Part shown: positions 20,410-33,600 of the stretch, in pieces
How positions within the stretch are numbered: position 1 is the first letter of the stretch
Layout of the letters: every line of letters begins with the position of its first letter
Origin: a virus
IMG/VR virus record: IMGVR_UViG_3300027771_000011
Span: 9,556-73,555 of that record
Length of the DNA stretch: 64,000 nucleotides
Reading direction: 5' to 3' (one strand)
Position numbers and translations under genes: made by a program
The notes under the pieces: generated by a model
What the model saw: the letters and a program-made list of their open reading frames with translations, nothing else
Told to the model about the DNA's origin: nothing
Database searches by the model: none

Positions 20410-20847
20410 TTGGATTACGAAGTCCTATTAGCACCTACTGAGATAGTTGAAGACCTGTGGCCACAAGTAGTGCATCACATTGATTCAGCACTCAAACATT
20501 CCAATGGAGAGTATCTCTCCAGTGACATTTTAGACCTCATTATTAATCGCCAGATACATCTCTGGTGCGTAGTCGATGGCAAAGACATTGTTGCTGCCTA
20601 CACAACTCAGTTGAGGATTTACCCTCAGTTAAAAACCCTACTCGTTCTTACCATTGGAGGCTCCGGTCTATTCAAGTGGGGAAGGCTGGTAGAAAACTCA
20701 TTATACCAGTTTGCTAAATTGCAAAACTGTTCCAGCCTAGAGGTTTACGGACGAAAAGGATGGGGTAGATTGTTAGCTAGGCAGGCTAATTTTAAACAAC
20801 AGTACATCGTTCTCACTAAGGAGATACCGCGTGAAGATCCACACTAG
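20410..20847 (+). CDS. GNAT-fold-like virion assembly protein
   Basis: FAK..NC..LEVYGRKGW.R motif; located before the ejection proteins. Confidence 0.65.
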   Translation: MDYEVLLAPTEIVEDLWPQVVHHIDSALKHSNGEYLSSDILDLIINRQIHLWCVVDGKDIVAAYTTQLRIYPQLKTLLVLTIGGSGLFKWGRLVENSLYQFAKLQNCSSLEVYGRKGWGRLLARQANFKQQYIVLTKEIPREDPH

Positions 20848-21490
20848 AGTCGTAACCTGCATGGCCACAGGCGAAGTGCTTGAAGATGAATATTATGAGC
20901 ATGATGGCCCAGTCGATCTTTGCAAAGGAGGCGGCTATGAAATTGAAGAAACCGCTGAAGAAAAAGAGCTAGCTAATATCTCCATGGAGAAATGGGAAAG
21001 GTACAAGACAAAGTTCCGTCCTCTCGAAGATCAGTACATGGCAAAGGTGGACGGCATGCGTTCTGATTCCAGCTATGACCGCGTTGGAGGCTTAACTGGT
21101 AATGCAATTAATGCTGACGCTGGTAATCAACTCGCCACAGCAAACCAAGCTTTGTTTCAGGGTGGAGTTAATCCCAACTCTGGGAAGTTTATGGGAGCTA
21201 ACTCCACTTTATTGTCCAAGGGATCCAAGGTTCTATCTGCTGCAGTTAACTCAGCGAACATGGGCTTAGGCAATGAGCAGATCTCTCGGATGGAAGGCAT
21301 CGTTAACATTGGACAAGGGCAGGCTGCTGGTGCTGTAAAGAGTCTCTCTGACATTGCAGCAAATAGTGTTGATCAAGCCACTTCATCTGCAGAGAATCGT
21401 TATAACAACTACGCAGGAAACCTTGAAGCGATAGGTACTGCTGGTGGAATGGGACTAAGAACATATATGAATCCAAGAGGTACGCCCTAA
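20831..21490 (+). CDS. Putative ejection (internal virion) protein
   Basis: CKGGG motif, Ala/Gly/Asn-rich helical sequence, position. Confidence 0.65.
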   Translation: MKIHTRVVTCMATGEVLEDEYYEHDGPVDLCKGGGYEIEETAEEKELANISMEKWERYKTKFRPLEDQYMAKVDGMRSDSSYDRVGGLTGNAINADAGNQLATANQALFQGGVNPNSGKFMGANSTLLSKGSKVLSAAVNSANMGLGNEQISRMEGIVNIGQGQAAGAVKSLSDIAANSVDQATSSAENRYNNYAGNLEAIGTAGGMGLRTYMNPRGTP

Positions 21491-22008
21491 TGCTAAATAG
21501 AGACAAGGATGAAGGTGGAACAGGTAATCCTGTTCATGATGCGTACACAAAAGGTATTACCTACGGAAGTGACCGTAACGTAGCTTCGGCTTCCCCTACC
21601 ACTACAACGAACTCTTTTGGTATTGACTCAGGTGATAAAGAGTACGCATCAAAGACTCGAGCTGCGATTACTAGAGAGCAGTGGGAAGACTATAAGGCAC
21701 GTTTCCAACCTTACGAGGATCGCCTTGCTGCCATCTACAAAAATGGTGGATTGCTAGAAGGTGAGGCTGAAAAAATCCCAGAAACCGTTAATCAATCGTT
21801 TAGCACAATGCGTGGTATTGCAGATAGAAATCTTTCTCGTTATGGAATTACCCCTACTGCAGATCAAGCAGCCAGTCGTGACCGATCATCTAGCTTAGAT
21901 CAGGTGTTAGCTCAGGTAGATGCTCAAAATAATTTAATGGCAACAGCTGATCAAAGGAAAGACAAGATCATGACTGGCGGCATAGACACTATGAATAAGG
22001 GAGGCTAA
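21490..22008 (+). CDS. Putative ejection protein
   Basis: TREQWEDYKARFQPYE resembles KWERYKTKFRPLE of the preceding ORF. Confidence 0.6.
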   Translation: MLNRDKDEGGTGNPVHDAYTKGITYGSDRNVASASPTTTTNSFGIDSGDKEYASKTRAAITREQWEDYKARFQPYEDRLAAIYKNGGLLEGEAEKIPETVNQSFSTMRGIADRNLSRYGITPTADQAASRDRSSSLDQVLAQVDAQNNLMATADQRKDKIMTGGIDTMNKGG

Positions 22009-22012
22009 GCAC

Positions 22013-22357
22013 ATGGCTTATGGATTAATTGGAACAGGTCGTTCTTTATCAGGTAGTGCTCAAGCTGGATTGGGTCAGGCTGCTAAGTTAGAGGCTTCAA
22101 GAAATATGGCAGGGGATCAGCTAGCACAAGCTGCCTCTGGTCAGAGAAAAGCGTTGATGGGAACTGGTGCGGGTCTTGGTGCTCAGTATGGCTTAACAGC
22201 AGCAGCAGCGGCACAGACAGCAGCAGCGGCAGGTGCAACTGGTGCAGCAGCAGGCGGATTAACAGCTGGTGGTCTAGCGGCAACAGGCGCAGCAGCTGGG
22301 CCATGGGGCGCACTTATCGGTGCAGGTATTGGTTTGTTACTTGGCGAATTATTATAA
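22013..22357 (+). CDS. Gly/Ala-zipper ejection protein
   Basis: MAYGLI...GPWGALIGAGIGLL glycine zipper. Confidence 0.65.
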   Translation: MAYGLIGTGRSLSGSAQAGLGQAAKLEASRNMAGDQLAQAASGQRKALMGTGAGLGAQYGLTAAAAAQTAAAAGATGAAAGGLTAGGLAATGAAAGPWGALIGAGIGLLLGELL

Positions 22358-22369
22358 GAGGCAGTACTC

Positions 22370-24661
22370 ATGGCTATATCTGGACAAGGCTTAGCAAGCG
22401 GTTTTTCTGGCGGCTTCAAGATGATGGACGATTACTATAATCGCCAAGAGACACAGCAACTCAATCGGGAAACCGCAGACCGAACAAAGACTGTTTATGA
22501 TCAGGGTCAGAAAAAGATCAGGATTGAAGCAGCCATAAAGGGCGCAGCTATGGATATACAAGCAGGCAGGATGCCCTCTCAACAATGGGTAGATACATTA
22601 CAGAACGATCTAGCTTATGACCTGTATCAAAACTTAGATCCTGAGTATCGACAGTCTGTAGATAACATTTTAAACCAGACGAATCCTGTGTCTTCTCCTG
22701 AGTTTGTTGCAGATGCCAACATTGCCTTTAAAGATTACCTTAATCAGAACAATACTCAGACAGAATTTACTACTTTCGGAAGAGAGATTGAGACTGAAAG
22801 TATGGGTGGCAGTTTTCAAAGTGAGGCTGCTCAGAAATTAGTAGATGTTGGATCGTACAGGGGTAAACCTCAAACAATAAAAGGTAAGCGAATTCTTAAC
22901 AAAGAGTTAGTTGGAAGTATGTATGCCATGGGTGGTGAAACAATAGGTGGTGATATTGAAGTCACCTATGAGGATATGGATGGAAAGATAAAGACCTATA
23001 TCGCCCCAATGACTGGTGGGCAAGGAACGTCTGGTGATGGGGACAATGGCGTAGGTCAGGATGTCGGCAAATTAATGCAAAACCTCAAGGGTCGAATGAT
23101 GCTTGCAGATGGCCTGAGTCCATTAATGAAATCTCTCAGTGGCCTAATGGTAAGTCAAGGCATTGACATTCCAATTAATTCTATAGACAAGGAAAGGCTT
23201 AGTAGCTATCAAAATCAAGCTACGAGCTTCATGACCATGGCTAGGGAAAATGCAAAAGACATGTTCCCCAAGGCTTCAGAATCTGACCAGATGTTCATAG
23301 CGATGGCTGCAGGAAAAGGTCAAGACCTCTCTATGCTTAACCTGCCTGATGGTTCAAAGCCTAATGCACAAGCAGTTGCTGCTTATAAATCTAATATGGC
23401 TAAGGCCCAAGGCTTATTCGCTAAGATAGATGTCATTCATAAAAAATACAGCTTGGGTGATTTCCAGAACTCAGCTGTTGAACGTGGTGTTCAAGCTAAA
23501 ATTGGTGAACCTTTTGTACCTTTGAATGAAAGAGTAAAACAGGCGGCTCAAGGTAACAACGGGGGACAAACTAATGACACTCCAAGTGGGGGTATTCAGC
23601 CAGAAAGACTTGATGTAACTGACGATGATACAACTGGCGTTGCGCCACAAAAGGCTGCATTAAACGCAGCTGTCTCCACAGTAGCCTCTGGTAAAGGCAT
23701 CAATCCTGCGGCAACTAGAAGAGAGGATGGGTTAGGGATTGATCCTAATCGGTATCCTTCAGGCAAGGTTGAGCTGCCAATGCTTAACTCAGAGACAGGT
23801 AAGCCCTTGTTAGCGGGTTCTGCCAACGACACCAGACGTACTGTTAGGGACATGAATCAAATCATTGATATATCAGAAAGTGGAAACCTAGGCACATGGC
23901 TGGGTGAAAGCTTTGAAAATCAAAAGCAAGCCCAAAATATCTTGGACACTGCTAACAAGGATGAATACCTAAGTAAGGAGAATGCGGCAGACATTACCGC
24001 GTTTAACCAGCTGTTATCTGACAGTCAAATCCCTATGGATAATCCTAAGTCTATAAATTATGCAGGCTATGTGCAGGGACTACAGAGTGATCGCCAGAAG
24101 AAGGTAGATGGCGCTATCAATTACACCAAGGAGGCTGTCGAAGATTCAAGAATTGACCGAGAGATGGTTGACATGAGAGCAGCGCTTAATGATCCCAACA
24201 TGATGGCGATGATTAGAAAAGAAGTCTCTCGTGATCCGAATGCACATCTTGATCAGGTTGAAAATCTTCTCTCTAGCATACAAGCATTGCCTAAAACCAA
24301 TAAGACCTATGAGCAATATGAGGCTGTGTACAACTACTGGGAAGCAATTGGTGGCGCACAACGAATGGCTCCAGCTGTTGCACCATCTGGTGACGGGTTG
24401 TTTGATAAATGGGTACAAGGCGTTAAATCCATGATGGGTCAAGCTCCACCGTCTGTATATGACACGATGATAGCTGATGGATTAATGGATCAAATCAATA
24501 TGGTTATTGGGCTGGGTGAAATGGGTAAGTTGAAAAAATATGTTAAGGAGAATGGTGATGAGGCAGTCAAACAAATTTATTCAGCTGCAATATCAAGAGG
24601 CTTGATGAAGCCCGAGCTTAAAAGACTTGAATCCGCACTTAAAACAATGACGCAACAGTAA
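22370..24661 (+). CDS. Large ejection/DNA-transfer protein
   Basis: GLASGFSGGF N-terminus; 763 aa; precedes the giant protein. Confidence 0.6.
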   Translation: MAISGQGLASGFSGGFKMMDDYYNRQETQQLNRETADRTKTVYDQGQKKIRIEAAIKGAAMDIQAGRMPSQQWVDTLQNDLAYDLYQNLDPEYRQSVDNILNQTNPVSSPEFVADANIAFKDYLNQNNTQTEFTTFGREIETESMGGSFQSEAAQKLVDVGSYRGKPQTIKGKRILNKELVGSMYAMGGETIGGDIEVTYEDMDGKIKTYIAPMTGGQGTSGDGDNGVGQDVGKLMQNLKGRMMLADGLSPLMKSLSGLMVSQGIDIPINSIDKERLSSYQNQATSFMTMARENAKDMFPKASESDQMFIAMAAGKGQDLSMLNLPDGSKPNAQAVAAYKSNMAKAQGLFAKIDVIHKKYSLGDFQNSAVERGVQAKIGEPFVPLNERVKQAAQGNNGGQTNDTPSGGIQPERLDVTDDDTTGVAPQKAALNAAVSTVASGKGINPAATRREDGLGIDPNRYPSGKVELPMLNSETGKPLLAGSANDTRRTVRDMNQIIDISESGNLGTWLGESFENQKQAQNILDTANKDEYLSKENAADITAFNQLLSDSQIPMDNPKSINYAGYVQGLQSDRQKKVDGAINYTKEAVEDSRIDREMVDMRAALNDPNMMAMIRKEVSRDPNAHLDQVENLLSSIQALPKTNKTYEQYEAVYNYWEAIGGAQRMAPAVAPSGDGLFDKWVQGVKSMMGQAPPSVYDTMIADGLMDQINMVIGLGEMGKLKKYVKENGDEAVKQIYSAAISRGLMKPELKRLESALKTMTQQ

Positions 24662-24674
24662 GGTAGAAATAAAT

Positions 24675-27600
24675 ATGTCTTCATTATACTTATCCCAGAT
24701 GCGCCAGAATCCACAGTATCAGAATATTCCTGTTGACCAGTTAGCCCGTATGGTTTACGACCAAGATGCAGAGCTTCAGGACATATCGTTTGAACAATTC
24801 ATGCCTATATTTAATGACACAGGTGAAGTGGCTCAGGCCGCACCAGCTGCACAGCAGATGAACCCAGCTCCTGCTGAAGAGATGGGATATGGCCAGATTG
24901 GTTTAGATAGCATTGACGCTGCACAAAGTGGATTCCTTAACGCTTCTGCTGGTTTAGCTGAAGGTGTGGGTGGTATTTACAAGTGGGCTACTGGCGAAGA
25001 GTCAGAGACGGCAGGTGATATTGCGGGGTACTTGAGAGACGCAGGTGAAGATCAGATACAACAGATGTCTGAGTCAGGTCGAAACCAGATGCAGAACTTT
25101 GGTGTTGAATACAGTAGTGAAGACGGCCCTAGTATGAGAGAGGGTTCCACACTTGTTGGCGGATTGTTGAATATCGCTAGTGGTGTTGGCTCATCTATAC
25201 CTTACTTAGTTCCGGGTGGATTAGGGGCCAAGGTTCTAAGCCAGAGTGGTCGAGCGGTAGGTGGAACAATCATTCCAAGTTTAGCTAGAAAGCAAGCAAT
25301 GAACCTTCCAGCTGGCAGGATTCCTCAATCTCTGTCTATGGCTGCTGTTGGCGGTACTGGTCTAGGTGGTGAGACAAAGAATCAAGCGTATCAAAAAGCA
25401 TACAACTCTCCCGCTGAAGAGTTAAATAAAACACCAGCTTATCAAGCAGCTTACTGGGAAATTGCAGATACCTACAAAGCGCAAGGTACTAAGGTATCTC
25501 ATGCTCAGATAGAAGAGATGGCTCGTACTGCTGTGGCTGAGGCGGCTGGTGATGACGCATTCAAAGATGGCTTCCAGCTCGGTGCAGTGAGCATGGGTGC
25601 GCTTGGCCCCATGTTCTTGAACAATGTCTTAGGACGCGTTAAAGGCGGCTTCATAAAGAGAGCTGCCTCTGGTGCTTCTATTGAGGGTACTCAAGAGTTA
25701 GTAGAGTCTGGTGGTCAGGCTTATCTTTCTAACTTAGCAGTGAATGAGAATGCAAACAGTTCGATACAGCCAATGGATAACGTGGTCAGTGAAGGTCTTA
25801 CTGGCGCTTTGATCGGTGCAGGAACTGGTGGCTCAATGTCCCTAGCTGGTGGTTTTGGATCTAAGGCGGTTGGCATCACTAAAGAAAAAGACATGCCCGG
25901 ATATTTTAGGGAGCAAGAGAGGCTTCGTAAAGAGGGAATCGTTGCAGAGAAAGAACAAGCTGCCATGGATGCAGAGTCAGTTGAACCTGCAGTAGAGGAA
26001 GGTGTTGAGCTTGTTGAAGATACAGAGACTCCTACTGGTGCAGCAGAGACTCCTACTGAAACTCTGGGTGAAGCACTAGCCGATGCTGAAGAGCAGGCAG
26101 CTTTACCTGCAGAAGAGTCAGCTGATTCTCCAGATAGGCCAGAGTCTTCTGAAGTCGATCCTGTTGAGGAGACCACTGTTGAAGAATCTCCTGAAAAGGC
26201 TAACTACAGAGCTGATTTGCAGATAGCTTTAGACATAGCATTAGCTCAGTCAAAGAATCGCAAGCTTACTCCTGAAGCGCGTCAGGCTGCTTCTGATCGT
26301 ATTGCTGGTATTCAAGATGAGATAAATAAATTAGATGAGACGCTAGCATCAACAGAACTTGATCTTGAAATAGAGACTCCTACGCCAGTAACTCCTGCAT
26401 CAAACCCAGCTTTAACAAAGCGGATACTTGAGTGGTCTAAAGTCCAGCCAGATAAAGCCAGTGACAGATATGATGAGCAGCGTGTGTACAAAGACGCAAT
26501 CATTCGTGAGCTAAAGTCTTTAATGAAAATGGAAGTAGGTTCTGATCAAGCTTTCCGTAAAGAAGAAAGCATTAGGATGATGGAAGAGAAGTTCGATGCT
26601 CTAGCACCAACCCCATTGAATGAAGTACCTCGTTGGCAGCAAGCGTTAGAAGAAGAGGACGCTGTGACTGAAGCTCAGTTGCAAGAGTATGGACAGATGG
26701 AAGCTGGGACTGTTGATTCATCGACTGAGGTTCAAGATGACGTCACTGGTGACAACCTATACGGTGTGTTTGCTAATCAAGAGACTAACCCTTTTGCATC
26801 TATAGATTTGTTCGGCAGATTGCAGCCTATAAAAGAGGATGGCATTGCTATTGATCTTAAGGGTGTTGTGCGCGACAACATGAATAGTCTGCGTGCCAAT
26901 GGTACTCCTGATAATAAGAATCTAGATCGTAAAACTGTCAACAACATTTTGACTAAAGACGCTGAGCGCATTGAGGCTTTGACTAAAACCTCTGCCATTA
27001 ATATGGTAGTCAGAAGCCAATACAAAAAGATAAATAAGGAACTAGGTAAGGCTTCAGCTGACTATTACATTGAATCGTTAGGCCGAGGCATGGGTTTGTT
27101 TTCAAATCCAACGCCTACTAAGTTAGCGATGTACGATGAGTACGTTGAAGGACTTAACGATAACGTAGTGCCTTTGACCTACGAGGTATGGGAGTCAACG
27201 ATACTTCAAAAGGGAAAGGCTCCGAGCTTAACGGCAAAAAAGCCTAGTCCTCAACCGGTTGAAGAGCCAGTTGAGGCATCCGAATCGGTATCTGCTGAAG
27301 TAGCGCCAATACAGAAAACAGCAGATGACTTTCAGGATGATGGAACCTATTACAGAGTTGTTGTTGGAGACACATCTTTCCAAGACATAGTTGATAGTGG
27401 AGAAGTTAGGACTAATGCGTCTTCAAAGAAGCCAAGAAAGGCAGATGGAAAAATTGACCTCTCATCTCGTCCAACGAAATGGCCTTCGTTCAGCAAAGAT
27501 TCTGCGTCAATGGATTACGCTGGTAAGAATGAAGACCATTACATTGTGGTTACAAACGACCCATCTATACAGCCATCTAAGCAGGGTAGGCATGGCAAGG

Positions 27601-30600
27601 GAACCACACAGTTCCCTACTGATGCCAATGGCAATCCAATGGAATCTCTTTCTGGTGATGCTATCTCTGTATACAAGCACACGGGTAATGGTAATTACGA
27701 GTTGGTGTATAACCGTGGTCAGGTTGTGTCTAAGCCAGACAGCGATCCTACTCCTACTAAGAAAGCCATCCCTGCGTCACAGGTAAAAACTGAGGCTAAA
27801 GGAACCACTGTTGCTGATAAAAAATCCAGTGGGAATCAAGCTGTACTAGAAGAGAATGAAGAATCGGTCATTGATGAACTACCCGTAGATGTTCCTGTGT
27901 TAGGTAAGCAGGTAGTTGAAGTGCTAATATCTGACCTTACTCTCAGTGAAGATGTGCCTCAATTTAAAGATGGGGCAGACAGCGAAGGAGTTGTTGACCC
28001 TCTTGGTGGCACGTTTGATCGGACAGGTGTTGCACCTATTCAGATCTGGTTGCGTGAAGATGGCCGCAAGGAAGTTATCAGTGGAAGGCATCGTCTTGAC
28101 CTAGCCAAACGCAGCGGCGAGACAACCATACCTGCACAGTATCACCTAGAGTCAGAAGGGTTTGGTGCAGCCGAAGCCAGTATACTAGATGCTTTATTAA
28201 ACATACGCGAAGGACAGGGGAAGGTAAAAGATTATGTCGGATTCATCCAAGCAAGAAACCTCACCGAAGAAGAAGCTGACGCAGAAGGAATTCTGGCAAG
28301 ACCAACGGGAAAAAGGGCATACACGATTGCAAGTCAAGGAAGTCCTGCGCTTGTTGCCGCCCATCGTGCCGACCAAATAGGAGACAACGCTGCATCCCTG
28401 ATTTCCCAAGCCGCACCTAATAACGAACCACTTCAAGCTGTTGGACTCAAAGCCTTACAAGAAGGCAAGTCTATTACTGTGTCTGTCAATATTGTAAAAG
28501 CAGTCAACAGTATGACCAGAGATACTGCTCAAGAGAGTGGGGATCTGTTTGGGTTTGATGACTCAGCTATGAAAGAGGCTGAGAATCTAGCGCGTAAAGC
28601 TGGACAGAAGCAAGCTGAAATACAACGCACGTTGACAGCAGTTACAGGTGCAGCAAAGAATCCAGAGTTAGCTGCGGCTGAAGGGGTTGACGTACAAGAT
28701 CCTGAAGCTGTTCAAGCTAGGGTTGCCGAACTAAAAGACCAGAAGCGTGAATGGCAAAACTGGCACACCAACCCTGCACTCGTTGCAGAACTCACAGGTA
28801 ATGAGGTAGCTGCGCCAGTAGTAGAAGTTACAGCTGATGAAGTATCTGCGCCCGCAGTAGAAGCTACAGACAGTGAAGTAACTGAACCAATAGTAGCAGA
28901 AGCTACAGATGATGAAGTAGCTGCGCCAGCCCTTGAACTATCTAATCAAACCGAAGAAGAACTTGCTACCAAAGCAGGGCGAGACCTTGATGCGGGTGAA
29001 ACTAAAGAACAGGTTGACCGAGAGGTTGACGGTTTCAGTCTTGATGGTGGCGTAAGTTTAACCACTCAGGCAGACCCAGCACAGAACCCACAATCTAATG
29101 ATTTATTTGAAGGTAATCCAGATGTTAACGAAGTTGAAGTTGAAGTTGAAAGTACTCCTAGTACAGATGAAGTTGTCAATCCAAGTGTGGCTGATCCGGT
29201 TGCAGATACAACTGAAGTTGTTGCTGAAGAAAATACGGACGTAGAAAATGATGTACTGAATGATGTTGTACCAGCAGATAGAGGTGCAGTACCAGAAGGT
29301 GAACAGGAGTCGATTACTCTCTACGGATTAGAGGCGGATGGATCAACTTCAAATAATGATCCAACAGATCTTATCAATGACGTCAGAGTTCTACAGTTTG
29401 TAACAAGAGACGATGGTTTAAAGCTTGCCCTCTATGTGGGTGATAAAGACACAAGTGATACTGACGCTGTTGTTTATAAGTCAATGGATAAAGCAGAGGC
29501 TGCATCTAAAGATTTAGAGAGTAAAGGGTTAGGACTATACCGTCCGACTATGTATAAGAAACGCTTTGCCCTCAACGCATTGATTGTGGCTAAGAATCAG
29601 TCAACCGATGTGCCCATGGTTTACAGCAACAAAGATTCATCTGATCAAGCAAAGAATCGCATGAAGTCTAAAGAAGCTTATGACATTCAAGAGTCAGGAG
29701 CAGGTAAGTTCTACATTGTTACAACCCGAGACTCTATGGATAAGGAGGGTAAGAAGGATAATGAAGCCTCTAATTATGATTCAATAACCGAAGTTAGAAA
29801 TAACCTTCAAGAAGACATCGAAGAGAATGTCCCGTCATATGTCCTATCTCAAACGACTAATGAAAAATTCCCTAACCAGCCTCAGCTATTCATGCTCGAA
29901 GGTAAAACTGACAACTTATTAAAGTATGTCCAAGGCAATCAGATTGATGACTTGAGTAATGTTGCAGAAGAATTGCTGGATGTTAAGTCTAAAGAAAAAT
30001 CAAAGACATTAATTGCTGCTGTTGAATTTGCAACTGGCCGTATTGATACTATCAATGCTTCACTTAAAAAGAAGGAGCAGCAGAACAAGATAGTTCTTGA
30101 AGACGGTAAGAGCGAACTAAAAGCTGTGTCTATTATGTTTAGGTCAGTGAATAAGTTTGAATCTAAAGTTAATGAGGATGGATCTTTAACCTTGTTTGGA
30201 AACAATAAGGACTTAGAGCGGTTCTTGTCAAAAAATAAACTTACTGAAGGTCAGCAACCTGTGTATGGCACCCTTAATGAGGGAGAATTTTCTGTAAGCG
30301 AAGAGCAATCAGGGACAGTCATTGGCATTAAAGTTCCCAAGACAACTGCAACAAAGTTAAAAGGCAAGCTGGAAAACAAAGCGCTTTATTTTGTTGATGG
30401 TGAAGTGGAAGGTGCAGCCTACGTTGTCAATCCAAGTAAACCTCTGCTTCAGAAAAAAGATCTTACTGTTAATTTAGAGGAAGGCCGAGTAGTTATTCCT
30501 GAAAAGGAGGGAAGGAGTGAGGACGAAATTCAAGAGGACATTGAGATTGGAAGAGCTAATGCAATGGAGAGCAAGGCTAGTGACCCAGTAGTTGATCGTC

Positions 30601-33600
30601 AATCTTATGAATCTGTGAGGGATGAATTAGCAGGGATGCGAGATGCCGAAACTCAAGAGATTTCAAATTTCTTAGATGGAACTGCGACTTCAGACGTTGG
30701 AGGTGCAAGCACTAAAAACGCCACAGAATTCTTCGATAGCATTGGTGATGGAGACTATGGTTTTGTCTCTCAAGATGAAGTCACTAACTCAGCTGAAAAG
30801 TCTGCACAAAAAGACAGTGATGAGAAAGTAGAAGCAGATCCTGCTGATGCTGATCTGATAGAAGAATTACTAGGAGACTTAAGAGAGGCTACGGGAATTA
30901 TTGACGACCCTAAAACAACTGCGGCTGACCGAAAGACAACTGAAGGTCTTGCCAGAAAGATTGAAGAAGACTTAGTGGCATTAAACGCTGGCGATCAATT
31001 CATTAAAATCTCAGCAAAAGGATCAGTAACCGAGGCGAAGAATCAACCGGTAGAAAAGCCAAAGAAGAAAAAGGTAGCCAATCCAAAGAAGAAAACAACT
31101 GAGGACAATAGTGAATCTCCTTTTGATATGTTTAATACCCTTCTCAATGACTACCCCCCACTCTATGTATCTAGGCGTCAGCTAAAAGGCATGACGGGTA
31201 TGTCCGTTGAGGATGTCCAAGCAGTCATTGATAAGTTTGAAGCTAAGTACAACGGTATACCTGACATTAAGTATATGGTCGCTGATATTCCTCTTGATGG
31301 AGGACAGGCTTCTTTAAGTGGTATGGCTGGTGGTGTTCCTACAGGAAGCTTTGATGCCAAGAATAAGCTAGTCACTCTTAATTCTGCTGGTCTTAATAAC
31401 GTTGCTGAGGTTGAGTCTGTTCTTCGTCATGAGATTCTTGCTCACTATGGATTATCTGTGTTCCCTACTCTTGAAGAGAGGATGGACATCTTAACTAAGG
31501 TCTCTAAAGCTGAAGGACAGAATGAAGAGCTAACTAAAATATTCAAAGAGGTTCGCAAAAGCTACAGCGCCAGAACAGATGCTTGGAAGGAGCGAGGGGC
31601 AACTGACGAAAGCATTGAGGCTATGGTGGCAGAAGAAGTCTTTGCTCGAGTCGCTGAAGAAAGAGACCAGTCTGTTTTCGGAGAGGCTTGGGATGCGATT
31701 GTTTCATACGTTATGAAAGCACTGCGCAAGGTAGGCTTCTATGATCACTACACTAAGTCAGATGTTCGTAGGACGTTGCAGAGTTTTGGTAAACAGTTTA
31801 CTCAGGCTGATGTAGAGACTTCGCTTCAAGTAAATGCGCAAGTTCAAGAGGTTAAGTTCAGCATTCCACCTGAAGACGGTGTGGCTGGAGTAAATAGTTC
31901 TTTAGACAAGCTGTTGGCTAAGGTTAATGCCCGAAAAGAGAAAGACGATAAAGCTAAAGAAGCGAAGTCAGCCAAGATTGGTGCTCAACAAATATTTGAT
32001 CAAAGAGCGAGTCTTGAAACTGAGGCTAAACCATCAGCAAGGCCCACTGAAAGATTGGAAAAGGATCTTAATCTTGCTGAAGGTAGGGCACCAGCAGTAG
32101 AAGTTATGCCTGATCTTATCCCAGATCGGGCGAAGGTCAGTGATCATTCATCAGTTTATTCTGACTCATTGGATGCAGGTCAGAGGATGGGTGTTGATCT
32201 TGCGATGACGACCATGATGGAGAAAGGATCTCGTGGGTTCTTGTTGGCAGATGGTACTGGCTTTGGTAAGACTCGACAGATCTTAGCTATGGCTGATCAG
32301 TTTAAAAAGGCTACTGGACAGAAGGTTCTGATACTTACAGAGAATGAGCCGACCCTCAAGAAGAACTTTGCTGATGATGCTGCATCGATGGGCATAGATA
32401 TGAAGCAGTTCAAGACTGGAACATACAATAGCTTTAAGGATGGTGGTCAACGTAACGGAATAAAGCCTGAGTTTGATCAGGAGTGGGGCATGGTTATATT
32501 TGATGAGGCTCATAACCTAAAGAACTACAACACGCTTCAAGCTAAAGCAGCTCGTAGGCTGTCAAAATCCAAGGTAGTTTACGCTACAGCTACGCCGATG
32601 GATCGCCCGTCAGCTGGTGCTTACATGTGGGCTGATGTCATGGGTCAGAGTTATAAAGAAGCTCTTGATAACCTAGGAATGAAGCTAGTCAATGGCCCAA
32701 AAGTAAAGGTCGATGGTAAGTATGTAGAGGGCAATAAGGTTGTAGAACTTAAGAAGGGCATCTCTCCGAAGATGGCTATTGAGAGAGTAGCTATAATGAG
32801 AAACTCAGCCATCAAGTCAGGTCGAATGATCAAGCGTTACTACCCATTCTTTGGCACGACCAGTGAAATAAAAGTTGAGATGGAACAGCAATCACGGCTC
32901 GATCAAGATGACATAGATAACTACTGGCAGGGAGAAATTAATAGTGGGTCAGGTAGCCCTAAAAACTTAAGAGGTCAGCGCATACTTGAGCTGGTCAAGT
33001 GGGAAGAACATCTTAAGATTGATGCGGTAATGGACAAGTTAAAAGAGGATTTGTCTAAAGGCATGCAAGTGGTTGTTGCAGCTGAGACAGTCTCTGAAGA
33101 TCTAATAGTTAAAGGTCTTGAAGGCGGCAGAGTGTCAGGATTTATTAGCTTAATTGAAGGTCGATTGGATGCAGAGAATATTGATTACGTTTCAATTAAA
33201 GGTAAGACCACCCCTGCTCAGAGAGCAAAGTCTGTAGAAGAATTCCAAAGCGGTAATATTCCTTTGATGGTTATGACTACTCAAGCTGGAGGCACAGGAA
33301 TTAACCTAGATGATACTGTCGGTGATAAGCCTCGTTCATTAATCATGGTGACTAAGAACTGGTCTGGTTCAAAAGTGATGCAGTTGATTGGCCGAGTATC
33401 TAGAAAAACCACACAGTCTCCGTCAGTAGTGAATGTGGTTTCATTGGAGGGTGGTTTAGCTGATGCACACAAGTCAGCTGTAGTTTCCCGTAAGCTAAAA
33501 ACATTACTCAGCTCTAGTGGTGAGCCATCTATACTGGAAGATCTAGACGCCACTGAGTGGAATGATGTCCGTGATTCAAATAAGAACTACGTTGGATCTA

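Noticed and set aside
28800-28935. EVAAP/EATD repeats in the giant protein
   Set aside because: Ordinary low-complexity acidic linker.
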